This document shows positions 32,234 through 41,083 of a stretch of DNA of 64,000 nucleotides, one piece after another. Every line of letters starts with the position of its first letter. Position 1 is the first letter of the stretch. Origin of the DNA: an uncultured Gemmatimonadales bacterium (lineage in GTDB: Bacteria; Gemmatimonadota; Gemmatimonadetes; Gemmatimonadales; GWC2-71-9); NCBI GenBank assembly GCA_963704015.1, contig CAVPGI010000012.1, positions 36,695 to 100,694 of the forward strand. The letters run 5' to 3'. The notes beneath the pieces were generated by a model that saw nothing but the letters and a program-made list of their open reading frames with translations, made no database searches and was not told the DNA's origin. The position numbers and the translations under genes were made by a program.

Positions 32234-33439
32234 TCAGTGGGTGAGCAGATGGCCCAGCTTGTCGCGTTTGACGTCGAGATACCCGCGGTTCTCGTGGTGC
32301 GGGCGAGTGACCAACGGCACCCGCTCCACGATCTCCAGCCCATAACCCTCCAGACCCACCAGCTTCCGTGGGTTGTTGGTCATGACGCGGATGGAGGAGA
32401 GCCCCAGGTCCCGGAGAATCTGGGCCCCGATGCCGTAGTTGCGGAGATCGGGGGCGAAACCCAGGCGCTGGTTGGCCTGGACCGTATCCTCGCCTTCGTC
32501 CTGGATGGCATAGGCGCGGATCTTGTTGAGCAGCCCGATACCCCGCCCTTCCTGATCCAGATAGACCACCACACCCAGGCCCTCTTTGGCGATCATCTCC
32601 ATGGCACTGTGGAGCTGGGGGCCGCAATCGCAGCGCTGGGAGCCGAACACGTCGCCGGTCAGGCACTTCGAGTGCATCCGGACCAGCACGTTCCGTTGGT
32701 TCTCCACATCGCCATGGACCAGCGCCACGTGCTCGGCCTCATCCGCGTCGTTCCGGTAGGCGATGACCTTGAAATCGCCGTACGACGTGGGGAGCCGGGC
32801 CTCGGCCACCCGATGCACCAACCGCTCGGTCTTCAAGCGGTGGGCCACCAGCTGCGCCACCGTGATGAACGTCAGCCCATGCTCCCCGGCGAACCGCTCC
32901 AGCTCGGGTCGCCGCGCCATCGAGCCGTCGGCATTGAGGATCTCGCAGATCACACCGGCCGGATAGAGCCCGCCCAGCCGGGCCAGATCCACGCTCGCCT
33001 CGGTGTGACCCACGCGCTGCAGCACCCCGCCGGCCCGCGCCCGCAGGGGCAGGACGTGCCCCGGCCTCCGGAGGTCCTCGGCGCTGGTCTTGGGATGGAT
33101 CGCGACGTGGATGGTGACCGCCCGGTCGGACGCGGAGATCCCGGTAGTGACGCCGAACCGCCGATCGGCGTCGATGGTCACGGTGAACGCGGTGCTCTCC
33201 GCTTCGGTATTCCGTTCGGTCTGCTGGGCCAGGCCCAGCTCGTTGCAGCGCTCGGCGGTCAGCGCGAGACAGATGAGGCCGCGCGCGTGCGTGGCCATGA
33301 AATTGACCATCTCGGGCGTGACCAGCTCGGCCGCGCAGACGAGGTCACCCTCGTTCTCCCGGCCCTCATCGTCCGCAACGATGATGAATTTGCCGTTTCG
33401 CAGGTCTTCGATCGCCTGCTCGACCGTCCCGAAAGTCAT
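32234..33439 (-). CDS. ribBA: bifunctional 3,4-dihydroxy-2-butanone-4-phosphate synthase / GTP cyclohydrolase II
   Basis: Intact 401-aa ORF: GKFIIVADDEGRENEGDLVCAAE..., then HVALVHGD...VLVRMHSKCLTGDVFGSQRCDCGPQL...GIGLLNKIRAYALQ-like motif. Confidence 0.95.
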   Translation of the reverse strand: MTFGTVEQAIEDLRNGKFIIVADDEGRENEGDLVCAAELVTPEMVNFMATHARGLICLALTAERCNELGLAQQTERNTEAESTAFTVTIDADRRFGVTTGISASDRAVTIHVAIHPKTSAEDLRRPGHVLPLRARAGGVLQRVGHTEASVDLARLGGLYPAGVICEILNADGSMARRPELERFAGEHGLTFITVAQLVAHRLKTERLVHRVAEARLPTSYGDFKVIAYRNDADEAEHVALVHGDVENQRNVLVRMHSKCLTGDVFGSQRCDCGPQLHSAMEMIAKEGLGVVVYLDQEGRGIGLLNKIRAYAIQDEGEDTVQANQRLGFAPDLRNYGIGAQILRDLGLSSIRVMTNNPRKLVGLEGYGLEIVERVPLVTRPHHENRGYLDVKRDKLGHLLTH

Positions 33440-34035
33440 GCCCCTGATTCCCGGCGCTGGACCAGCGCCGCGACGAATTTGCCGATCAGATCGCCCTCCA
33501 GGTGCACCCGGTCTCCCACCTGGCGCTCACCAAGGGTCGTGTGCTGTAATGTATAAGGAATAAGGGAGACGCGGACGACGGCGGGTTCCGGGCGGGCTTC
33601 GACCGTGAGGCTCACCCCGTCCACCGCGATGGACCCGAGCGGAATCGTCACGGCGGCGACTTCGGCCGGGACCCGAAGGTCCACCCGCCGCGCATCCTGC
33701 TCCTGCCACACGCGCACCACCTCCCCGACCCCATCCACGTGGCCCTGAACCAGGTGCCCGCCCAGACGGTCTCCCACGCGGAGTGCCCGTTCGAGGTTGA
33801 GCCGCCGTTTGGCCCGATAGGCCGCGAAACCGGTCCGCGCCAGCGAGGTGGCCACCACATGCACAGCGAACCACCCGACCCCGGTCCGCTCGACGGTCAG
33901 GCAGGCCCCGTCGACCGCGACCGATTCTCCCTTGGCCAGGCGGCGATAGGGCGCGGCGATCTTGAGCGTGAGACCCGAGTCGCTCCGACGGGCCTCGCGG
34001 ACCGTTCCGACCGCGTCAATCAATCCGGTGAACAT
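33436..34035 (-). CDS. ribE: riboflavin synthase (alpha chain)
   Basis: MFTGLIDAVGTV... (ATG 34035 overlaps the ribD stop), then ...GESVAVDGACLTV...GHVDGVG...GSIAVDGVSLTV. The upstream part of ORF 33436..34602 is out-of-frame ribD. Confidence 0.9.
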   Translation of the reverse strand: MFTGLIDAVGTVREARRSDSGLTLKIAAPYRRLAKGESVAVDGACLTVERTGVGWFAVHVVATSLARTGFAAYRAKRRLNLERALRVGDRLGGHLVQGHVDGVGEVVRVWQEQDARRVDLRVPAEVAAVTIPLGSIAVDGVSLTVEARPEPAVVRVSLIPYTLQHTTLGERQVGDRVHLEGDLIGKFVAALVQRRESGA

Positions 34036-35108
34036 CAGCGGCGGTCCAGTACCAGTAGGGTATCCTGGCCCAGCGCTCGCCGCTCCACCACCGGCCAGCG
34101 CTCGGCCTCGGCCATGCTCCTGCCCGTGCGCCCCGCGAAGGCCGGCACCGCCGCCTCTCCCAGCCACAGCGGCGACTGAATCCAGTAGAATCGGTCCACC
34201 AATCCCTCGTTCATCAGGCTGGCCGCCAGGCGGCCTCCTCCTTCCACCAGGATCGAATTCACTCCGCGGGCCCGCAGGGCCGACAGCGCGCCCGCCAGAG
34301 TTCCGGCCCGCTCGACCTGGACCCCGGCACGTTCCAGCGCCCCTACCCGGGAGGTCGACGCCTGGGGACTGGCGAGGACGAGGGTGGGAATCTCCCGCGC
34401 GTTGCGCACCAGCTGAAGCGCCTCCGGCAGCTCGGCCTGAGGGTCGAAGACCACCCGGAGCGGCCGAATCCGCGGCTCCACCGGGCCCCGCACCGTGAGC
34501 GCGGCATCGTCCACCCGCGCGGTGTGCCCGCCGATGCCGATCGCTTCGAAGCCGGCCCGCAGCCAATGCACGAAGGTGCGCGCCTCTTCGCCCGAGATCC
34601 ACCGGGAGCGTCCGTGCCGGTCGGCGATCTTGTTGTCGATGCTGGTGGCCAGCTTGAGCGCCACGTAGGGCCGCGAGGGGTCGGCGAAGCGGTGCAGGAA
34701 GATCGCGTTCTGCCGGGCCGCCTCCTCCTGCAGCACATGGGACTCCACGGCGAGGCCGGCGGCCCTCAGTCGGTCGGCTCCCCCTCCCGCCTGGGGATTG
34801 GGATCCGAGAGGGCCACGACCACCCGGGCCACTCCGCTCTTCACGATCACCTCGGTACAGGGCGGCTGCTTGCCCTGATGGGTGCAGGGCTCCAAGGACA
34901 CCACGAGGGTGGACCCACGGGCCCGCTCTCCGGCGGTCGACAACGCGTCGGCCTCGGCGTGTGGCCCGCCGAATTCGGCGTGGTAGGCCTCGGCCAGCGG
35001 CTCACCATCGGCGAGGACAACGGCCCCCACCAATGGATTGGGATGGACGCGCCCCCACCCGCGCCAGGCCAATTCCAGGGCCCGGCGCATGGCCTCGATC
35101 TGGTTCAT
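34035..35108 (-). CDS. ribD: bifunctional diaminohydroxyphosphoribosylaminopyrimidine deaminase / 5-amino-6-(5-phosphoribosylamino)uracil reductase
   Basis: Intact 357-aa ORF. The deaminase motifs GGPHAEADAL and SLEPCTHQGKQPPC are followed by a reductase domain (...ILVEGGGRLAASL...). Confidence 0.9.
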   Translation of the reverse strand: MNQIEAMRRALELAWRGWGRVHPNPLVGAVVLADGEPLAEAYHAEFGGPHAEADALSTAGERARGSTLVVSLEPCTHQGKQPPCTEVIVKSGVARVVVALSDPNPQAGGGADRLRAAGLAVESHVLQEEAARQNAIFLHRFADPSRPYVALKLATSIDNKIADRHGRSRWISGEEARTFVHWLRAGFEAIGIGGHTARVDDAALTVRGPVEPRIRPLRVVFDPQAELPEALQLVRNAREIPTLVLASPQASTSRVGALERAGVQVERAGTLAGALSALRARGVNSILVEGGGRLAASLMNEGLVDRFYWIQSPLWLGEAAVPAFAGRTGRSMAEAERWPVVERRALGQDTLLVLDRR

Positions 35109-35125
35109 GGGACTGTAAAGGTGAA

Positions 35126-35170
35126 CCGCCGCGGGCCAACAGTAAACCGGCTACCGTTGGCCCGGGGCGG
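35126..35170 (-). terminator. 15-bp stem hairpin (1 mismatch) between the OM protein gene and ribD; possible terminator or attenuator
   Basis: CCGCCGCGGGCCAAC ...15 nt... GTTGGCCCGGGGCGG is read directly. The perfect core is GGGCCAAC/GTTGGCCC at 35133-35140 / 35156-35163. On the minus strand it is followed by UUCACCUUUACAG and, 17 nt later, the ribD AUG. Confidence 0.4.
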
Positions 35171-35176
35171 CCGAGG

Positions 35177-36136
35177 TCAGAACCCGAATATCAACCCGAA
35201 GTTGGCGAAGAAGCGGGAATCGGCGGGATTGTTTTGCTCGAAGCTCGTGGCCAGCTGCTGCGCCTCGCCGAACTGATAGCCTCCTTCGGCCGCGATCTTG
35301 AAAAAGCCCAGTTTGAGGGCGGCGTCGGCGAAGGCCATGGTGCGGTCCTGATCGAGCGAGATCGCGATGGGCGGCTGCACCGTGTTGGTGAAGGGATCGC
35401 GGAAAGTGGAGGTCGCGTCGCCGGTGTAGCTGTCCCAGCCCAACCCGGCGGCCACGCTCAAGAGGCCGAGGTCATAGCCGGCCACCGCGCGAAGGTTCAC
35501 TGCATGGAGGTCGACGGAGTACTGGAACTGATCCCCGCTCGCGACATTGCCGAAGGTGATCGTGGGGATGTTGCGATACATGGCCGACACCGAGACCGCG
35601 GGCACCGGCGCGTGGCCGTGCAGAATCCCAACGCGCCCCCCGAATCCCAGGCCGAGACCGACGTCGCCGATCTTGGTGGCATTGGGATCTAAGGTGACGT
35701 TGTCGAACTGGTTGGTGGGCAACAACTGGGCGGAGACCAGTGCGTCCACCGAGAGGAGACCGCCGGGCAGGCCGCCGAAGAGGCCGAGGGCGGCGTCCAC
35801 TTGCGGCAGCGGGGCGAACAGCTTCTGACCGGCCGGGACCGTGGTGGTGCTGCCGTCGTAGCTCAGCGAGGGGGTCACGACCTCGCTGCCGTTGACCCGC
35901 AGGGTAATCGAGAAGTGAGGCAGGCCGCCAAGGGTGCGGGAGGTCCCCAGAACCGGGTTCCCGCCGCTGACCAGCATCCCCACCACCGGATGGAAGAGCA
36001 CGGTGCCGTCGATGGCGGCATTACAGACGTTGTAGGACGGGGCGTTCAGTTGATAGGGCGCGCATTGCGCGTTTTGCGCGAGGAGGGGGGTTACCCCAAG
36101 CAGCACAGCGGCGATCGACAGCGAAATCGGGCGCAC
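35177..36136 (-). CDS. hypothetical outer-membrane beta-barrel protein
   Basis: Intact 319-aa ORF with signal peptide MRPISLSIAAVLLGVTPLLAQNAQ. It shows an alternating hydrophobic pattern and a C-terminal ...NFGLIFGF (terminal Phe typical of OMPs). Confidence 0.55.
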   Translation of the reverse strand: MRPISLSIAAVLLGVTPLLAQNAQCAPYQLNAPSYNVCNAAIDGTVLFHPVVGMLVSGGNPVLGTSRTLGGLPHFSITLRVNGSEVVTPSLSYDGSTTTVPAGQKLFAPLPQVDAALGLFGGLPGGLLSVDALVSAQLLPTNQFDNVTLDPNATKIGDVGLGLGFGGRVGILHGHAPVPAVSVSAMYRNIPTITFGNVASGDQFQYSVDLHAVNLRAVAGYDLGLLSVAAGLGWDSYTGDATSTFRDPFTNTVQPPIAISLDQDRTMAFADAALKLGFFKIAAEGGYQFGEAQQLATSFEQNNPADSRFFANFGLIFGF

Positions 36137-36156
36137 GTGGCACTCCTGGTAGTAGT

Positions 36157-37182
36157 CTAGTGGCTGAATCGCACTCCTTTCGCTCCGGCACGAACGTCCC
36201 CGATCACCCAGGTCTCGACCGCATCGTGGGCGGCGGCGGCGCGAACCCCGTCCACCGCATTGGGCGGCACCACCGCGATCATGCCCACACCGAGGTTGAA
36301 GACGTCGCGCATCTCGTCGGTCGAGACGCTTCCTGCATCCTGCAATAGCCGGAACAGCGGCGGCAGCGGCCAGCTACGTGGATCGACCACCGCTTCACAG
36401 CCTTCGGGCAAGATCCGCACCAGATTCCCCGGAATTCCCCCTCCCGTGATATGCGCAAGGCCATGCACCATCGCTAACACCGGCCGCAGGGCCCGCGCAT
36501 AACTCCGATGAATAGCCAGGAGGGTGTCGGCGACTGAGTGCCCCGTCTCCTCGAGGTGATCGGAAAGCTTCAGCTTGAGACGATCGAATAGAACGTTTCG
36601 AGCCAGGGTGTACCCATTGGTGTGCAGCCCGGTGGACGCCAATCCCACCAGCAAGTCGCCGGGGCGAATACGGTCCCCGTGAATCGCCTCGTCCTCTTCC
36701 ACGATGCCGACGATGGTCCCGGCCAGATCGTAGTGTCCCGGTTGATAGAGACCCGGCATCGCGGCCGTTTCTCCTCCGACCAGCGCCATCAAGTGCGCCC
36801 GACAGGCCCGGGCGACTCCCTCGACCAGGCCGAGGGTCTGCTCCGGGGTGAGCCCCGCGCCGGCGATGTAGTCGAGAAAGGCGATCGGGGCGGCGCCGTG
36901 GACCAGAATGTCGTTGACGCTGTGATTGACGAGATCCTCGCCGACCGTATCGAAGCGCCCCGCTTCGCGGGCCACCATCACCTTGGTGCCCACCCCATCG
37001 GTGCTCATCACCAGCACCGGCTTCCGGAATCCGGGCGGTACCCGGAGCATTCCGCCGAAGCCGCCCACGTGACCGACCGAGAGCGGCGTGCGGGTGGCGG
37101 CCACCAGCCGACCGATCCGGGTCTTGGCCTCGTCCGCCTTTTCCAGATCGACGCCGCCCTCGGCGTACTTGCGACCGCTCAC
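36157..37182 (-). CDS. purM: phosphoribosylformylglycinamidine cyclo-ligase (AIR synthetase)
   Basis: Intact 341-aa ORF: YAEGGVDLEKADE...GGFGG...STDGVGTKV...GEDLVNHSVNDILVHGA...DYIA... Confidence 0.95.
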   Translation of the reverse strand: MSGRKYAEGGVDLEKADEAKTRIGRLVAATRTPLSVGHVGGFGGMLRVPPGFRKPVLVMSTDGVGTKVMVAREAGRFDTVGEDLVNHSVNDILVHGAAPIAFLDYIAGAGLTPEQTLGLVEGVARACRAHLMALVGGETAAMPGLYQPGHYDLAGTIVGIVEEDEAIHGDRIRPGDLLVGLASTGLHTNGYTLARNVLFDRLKLKLSDHLEETGHSVADTLLAIHRSYARALRPVLAMVHGLAHITGGGIPGNLVRILPEGCEAVVDPRSWPLPPLFRLLQDAGSVSTDEMRDVFNLGVGMIAVVPPNAVDGVRAAAAHDAVETWVIGDVRAGAKGVRFSH

Positions 37183-38099
37183 GGCAGGGGCTCCACCAGG
37201 CTCACCTGGGTGAGATCGTGGAAGCCGCGCGCCCGTTCGTCGACCCCGTCGCGGGTCACGTTCTCGAAGCCGCGAATGCCGAAATGGGAGACGGCGAAAG
37301 AGCCCATGGCGGCGCCGTAGATCATGGCCCGGCGGAGGCCATTGGTCGACAGATCGCCCGAGCGCGCCAGGTGCCCCATGAAGCCGCCCGCGAACGCGTC
37401 GCCCGCGCCGGTGGGATCGAAGACTTCCTCCAGGGGATAGGCGGGAGCGAAGAAGGTGCGGTTCGGCTCCAGCAGGAGCGCTCCGTGCTCGCCCTGCTTG
37501 ATCACCAGCAGCTTGGGGCCCCGCTCGAGGATCCAGCGCCCGGCGCGGTGAATGTTCCAGTCCCCGGCCAGCTCTCTCGCTTCGCTGTCGTTGATGATCA
37601 GGGTATCCACCCGCTTGAGCAGCTCGAGCAGTGCCTCCTTCTTGCCCTGGATCCAGAAGTTCATGGTGTCGCAGGCCACGAACCGGGCCTTGGGAACCTG
37701 GTCCAATACTCCGAGCTGCAGCTCGGGATCGATGTTCCCGAGGAACAGGAATTCGGCCCCCGCAAAGGCCGGGGGCAGCTTGGGGCGGAAGTCGGCGAAG
37801 ACGCCGAGCCGGGTGTCCAGGGTTTCACGACTCTGGAGATCGAAGGAGTACTTGCCCTTCCAGCGGAAGCTCTCGCCCTCCGCCGTCTCGACGCCGGACC
37901 AGTCGATGCCGCCGTTGCCGAGCGCGCGCAGCTGGCCCACCGGGTAGTCGCTGCCGACCACGCCGACCACCCGCACCGGATGCAACAGCGAGGCGGCCAC
38001 GCTGAAGTACACGGCGGAGCCGCCCAGCGCGTCCACCGTCCCCCCGAACGGCGTTTCGATCGAATCCAGCGCGATGCTGCCGATCACCAGCAGAGTCAT
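37179..38099 (-). CDS. PfkB-family carbohydrate/nucleoside kinase
   Basis: Intact 306-aa ORF: LLVIGSIALDSIETPFG...GGSAVYFS..., then the C-terminal motif DPTGAGDAFAGGF. Confidence 0.8.
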   Translation of the reverse strand: MTLLVIGSIALDSIETPFGGTVDALGGSAVYFSVAASLLHPVRVVGVVGSDYPVGQLRALGNGGIDWSGVETAEGESFRWKGKYSFDLQSRETLDTRLGVFADFRPKLPPAFAGAEFLFLGNIDPELQLGVLDQVPKARFVACDTMNFWIQGKKEALLELLKRVDTLIINDSEARELAGDWNIHRAGRWILERGPKLLVIKQGEHGALLLEPNRTFFAPAYPLEEVFDPTGAGDAFAGGFMGHLARSGDLSTNGLRRAMIYGAAMGSFAVSHFGIRGFENVTRDGVDERARGFHDLTQVSLVEPLP

Positions 38100-38100
38100 G

Positions 38101-39733
38101 TCACATCCGTTCCGGGGCCCTGAGGCCCAGCAGGCCGAGGCCGTTGGCGAGGACGATCTGGGTGGCCCGCGCCAGCGTGAGGCGGGCGGCTTCCACCGGG
38201 GGCGGCTCGCCGAGCACCCGGCACTTGTGATACCAGCCGTGCGCCAGGCGGGCCAGCTCCTCGAGATACCCGGTGATCCGGTGCGGCTCCCGCTCCCGGG
38301 CCGCGCGGGCGGTGACTTCCGGGAAGGCCGAGAGTTTCTTGAGCAGCTCGGTGTCCTCCGGGGCCGGCAGGTGCTCGACGCTGGCCACGGGCTGGACGGT
38401 CTCGGGAGCCCGCTGGGCCACGCGGAAGATACCGCTCATCCGCGCGTGGGCCATCTGGACGTAGTAGACCGGATTCTCATCGGTCTGACTTCGGGCCAGG
38501 TCGACATCGAAGACGAACTGCGAATCGCCCCGCCGCATCAGGAAGAAGTAGCGCGCCGCGTCCACTCCGACCTCGTCCAGCAGGTCGCGCAGGGTCACGA
38601 ATTCGCCGGAGCGCTTCGACATCTTCACCTCTTCCCCGCCCTTCACCACCTTGACCAGCTGCACCAGGGCGACTTCGAAGAAGTCGGGCGGATAACCCAA
38701 CGCCGCCAACCCCGCACGCATGCGGGGGATGTACCCGTGGTGGTCGGCGCCCCACACGTCGATCGCGGTGGCGAAGCCCCGGGCGTGCTTGTCCATGTGG
38801 TAGGCCAGATCGGGAGCGAAGTAGGTCAGCGACCCGTCGCTCTTCCGGAGCACCCGATCCTCGTCATCGCCGAACGAGGAGGTGCGGAGGAAGAGCGCGC
38901 CGTTGCGCTCGAACGTCAGTCCGCTCCGCGCCAGCTGCTCGAGCAGGCGCTCGATCCTTGCCGCTGTCGTAGATCGCCTGCTCCGAGGTCATGACGTCGA
39001 ATCGCACCCCGAAATCGGCCAGCAGCTGATCCTGCTCTACCCGCTGCGCGGCCAGCACCAGGGCCCGGCACCGCGCGATCCCTTCAGCCGCCGGCAGATC
39101 GGCCATGGCTGGCTCCCGGACGAGCAGCGAGCGGGCCATCTCCTCGAGGTAGCGTCCGTGGTACCCCCCCTCGGGAATGTCCGCGGCCCGACCCACCGAC
39201 TGCTGCACCCGGGCCCAGAGGCTCTGCGCCAGTTTGTCGATCTGGGTGCCGGCATCGTTGATGTAGAACTCACGAGTCACCGCGTGTCCGCTCCACTCCA
39301 GCAAGGCGGCGATCCCATCGCCCAGAGCGGCGCCCCTCCCGTGCCCCACGTGCAGTGGGCCGGTAGGATTGGCGGAGACGAACTCCACGTTGACCCGGCG
39401 CCCGGACCCGAAATCGTGACGGCCGTAGGAGCGGCCCGCCGCGACAATCGAAGCCAGCTGCTGCCCCAGCTCGTCGGAGGCCAGCCAGAAGTTGATGAAA
39501 CCGGGCCCCGCGATCTCGCTCCGCGCCACCCCGGGAGGCAGTCCCAGCTCCTTGATCACTCGTTCGGCCAGCGGGCGCGGCGCCGTCTTCAGGGCGCGGG
39601 CCATGACCATGGCGAGATTGGTGGCGAGGTCCCCGTGGCCCGCGTCGCGCGGCCGCTCGAGAACAAAGTCGATCCCCGGGGCGCCGAGCTTCTCGGCGAC
39701 CCGTGCCAGCTCGGCCCTGATCCGGTCGGTCAC
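38101..39733 (-). pseudogene. argS: arginine-tRNA ligase, frame breaks near 38850-38960
   Basis: The N-terminal 289 aa are in 38864..39733 (VEFVSANPTGPLHVGHGRGAALGD). The C-terminal 250 aa are in 38101..38853 (DGSLTYFAPDLAYH...VKMSKRSGEFVTL...NPVYYVQMAHARM). A short bridging segment is out of frame. Confidence 0.9.
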
Positions 39734-40038
39734 TCCTTGGCTTTCTTGGCGGGCTTCTCCGCCTTGGTGGGAGGGGACTCGGGCTTGGCGGAGCTGTCCT
39801 TCTCGGACTTCGCTTCACTCCCTTCAGCGCCGGTCTCCGGTTTGCGGGGCCCCTGGCTGCCCTTGCCGTAGTCGGTGATGTAGAACCCGCTCCCCTTGAA
39901 GACCAGGCCCCCGCCGCCCGAAATCTGCCGGCTGGCCATCTTGCCGCAGGTGGGACACTTGGCGCGGGGCTTCTCGGTGATCTTCTGGATTTTCTCGAAC
40001 GTGTGCCCGGCGGGGCAGAGGTACTCGTAGGTCGGCAT
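39730..40038 (-). CDS. FmdB-family zinc-ribbon protein with Lys/Glu/Ser-rich tail
   Basis: Intact 102-aa ORF: MPTYEYLCPAGHTFEKIQKITEKPRAKCPTCG...GSGFYITDYGK (CxxC_CxxC_SSSS type). The stop overlaps the argS start. Confidence 0.8.
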   Translation of the reverse strand: MPTYEYLCPAGHTFEKIQKITEKPRAKCPTCGKMASRQISGGGGLVFKGSGFYITDYGKGSQGPRKPETGAEGSEAKSEKDSSAKPESPPTKAEKPAKKAKE

Positions 40039-40127
40039 AGACCTTCAGGGGGTGAAACGGCGCCCAATCTTAGCGGCGCCCGAGAGGGCTTTCAAGCACG
40101 GATTCCCCGGCCCACCACCCCATTTTA

Positions 40128-40260
40128 TCACGGAGGCACGGAGGCACGGAGAAACACAGAGCAAGAACTCGTGTTGCCCCACCCCCCACCCCGGGGTCGG
40201 GCGGAGGGGAACGCTAAGAAGTTCTCCGTGAACCTCAGTGCCCTCCGTGTCTCCGTGGTG
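40128..40260. repeat. REP/MITE-like element: inverted arms made of CACGGAG heptamer repeats flanking a G/C-rich core
   Basis: Left arm: CACGGAGGCACGGAGGCACGGAGAAACAC. Reverse complement of the right arm: CACGGAGACACGGAGGGCACTGAGGTTCACGGAGAAC. The core contains CCCCACCCCCCACCCCGGGGTCGGGCGGAGGGG. It is intergenic, between the methyltransferase and the FmdB-like gene. Confidence 0.6.
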
Positions 40261-40336
40261 CGCAGTTCTGTGCGCCCTCTGGGTGCTATGCACCTTCGGC
40301 AGTTCCTTCTTCGCGGGCCTCTGGGATGCATCGCGC

Positions 40337-41083
40337 TCAGGCGTGACCGGGATTGCGGAGCACCCGTACCGCGACTTGTTGGCCCAGGTGACAATACCCG
40401 AGGTACTCGAACTCGAGGGCCAGAGTTTTCACGGTTTCCCGGAACGCGCGGGCCTCACCGTCCTCCCAGCCGGGGTAGTTGAAGTACTCGTCGAACACGA
40501 TGACCGACCCCGGCACCAGGCGCTCCCCCAGAAAGGAGAATATGGTCCGCGTGGAGGAGTAGAGATCGCAGTCGACATGGAGGAACGCCACCGGCTCCCG
40601 GTGCTCGGCCACGAAACCGGGCAGCGTCTGATCGAACCAGCCCGGGACCAGGCGCACGTTCTGGCGCACCGAAGGAAGCCCACCGGTCTTGAATCGGCCG
40701 CGCTCGAAGCCCTCGCGCCACCGATCCGGCAGACCTTGGAAGGAATCGAAACCGTAGACCACATGGTTGGTGCGCGAGGCGAGCCAATTGATGGTCGTGC
40801 CGCGATAGACCCCGAATTCGAGGTATAAGCCTTCGCGCTCGACCCTCACCTGCCCCAACCCGTGGCCCAGGAGGTGGAGCGGCCGGCTGAAGGACGGCGC
40901 CTCCGGCAGCTCCCGTTCGATGAACGCGACGGAAGACTCGAGGGCCCGGCGCTGGCGTTCCCGGCGGAGGTTCTGGGTGTCGCTGACCAGGAGCCAGTCC
41001 AACCCGTTCTGCCAGCGCTCGCCTAGCGTCCGGCGGAGCAGTTCGCGGGTGGGACCACCCAACAGCCAGGATCTAACGCCCAT
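40337..41083 (-). CDS. class I SAM-dependent methyltransferase (TylF/MycF-like O-methyltransferase fold)
   Basis: The likely start is MGVRSWLLG (ATG 41083). [18 protein letters not shown]...[11 protein letters not shown]...[18 protein letters not shown]...[23 protein letters not shown]. The family call is from memory of TylF-like motifs. Confidence 0.65.
   Translation of the reverse strand: MGVRSWLLGGPTRELLRRTLGERWQNGLDWLLVSDTQNLRRERQRRALESSVAFIERELPEAPSFSRPLHLLGHGLGQVRVEREGLYLEFGVYRGTTINWLASRTNHVVYGFDSFQGLPDRWREGFERGRFKTGGLPSVRQNVRLVPGWFDQTLPGFVAEHREPVAFLHVDCDLYSSTRTIFSFLGERLVPGSVIVFDEYFNYPGWEDGEARAFRETVKTLALEFEYLGYCHLGQQVAVRVLRNPGHA

Noticed and set aside
35109-35176. Expected FMN riboswitch upstream of ribD
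   Set aside because: Only 68 bp are available, and they are occupied by a simple 15-bp-stem hairpin. I saw none of the conserved FMN-element sequence. An Rfam RF00050 scan would settle this.
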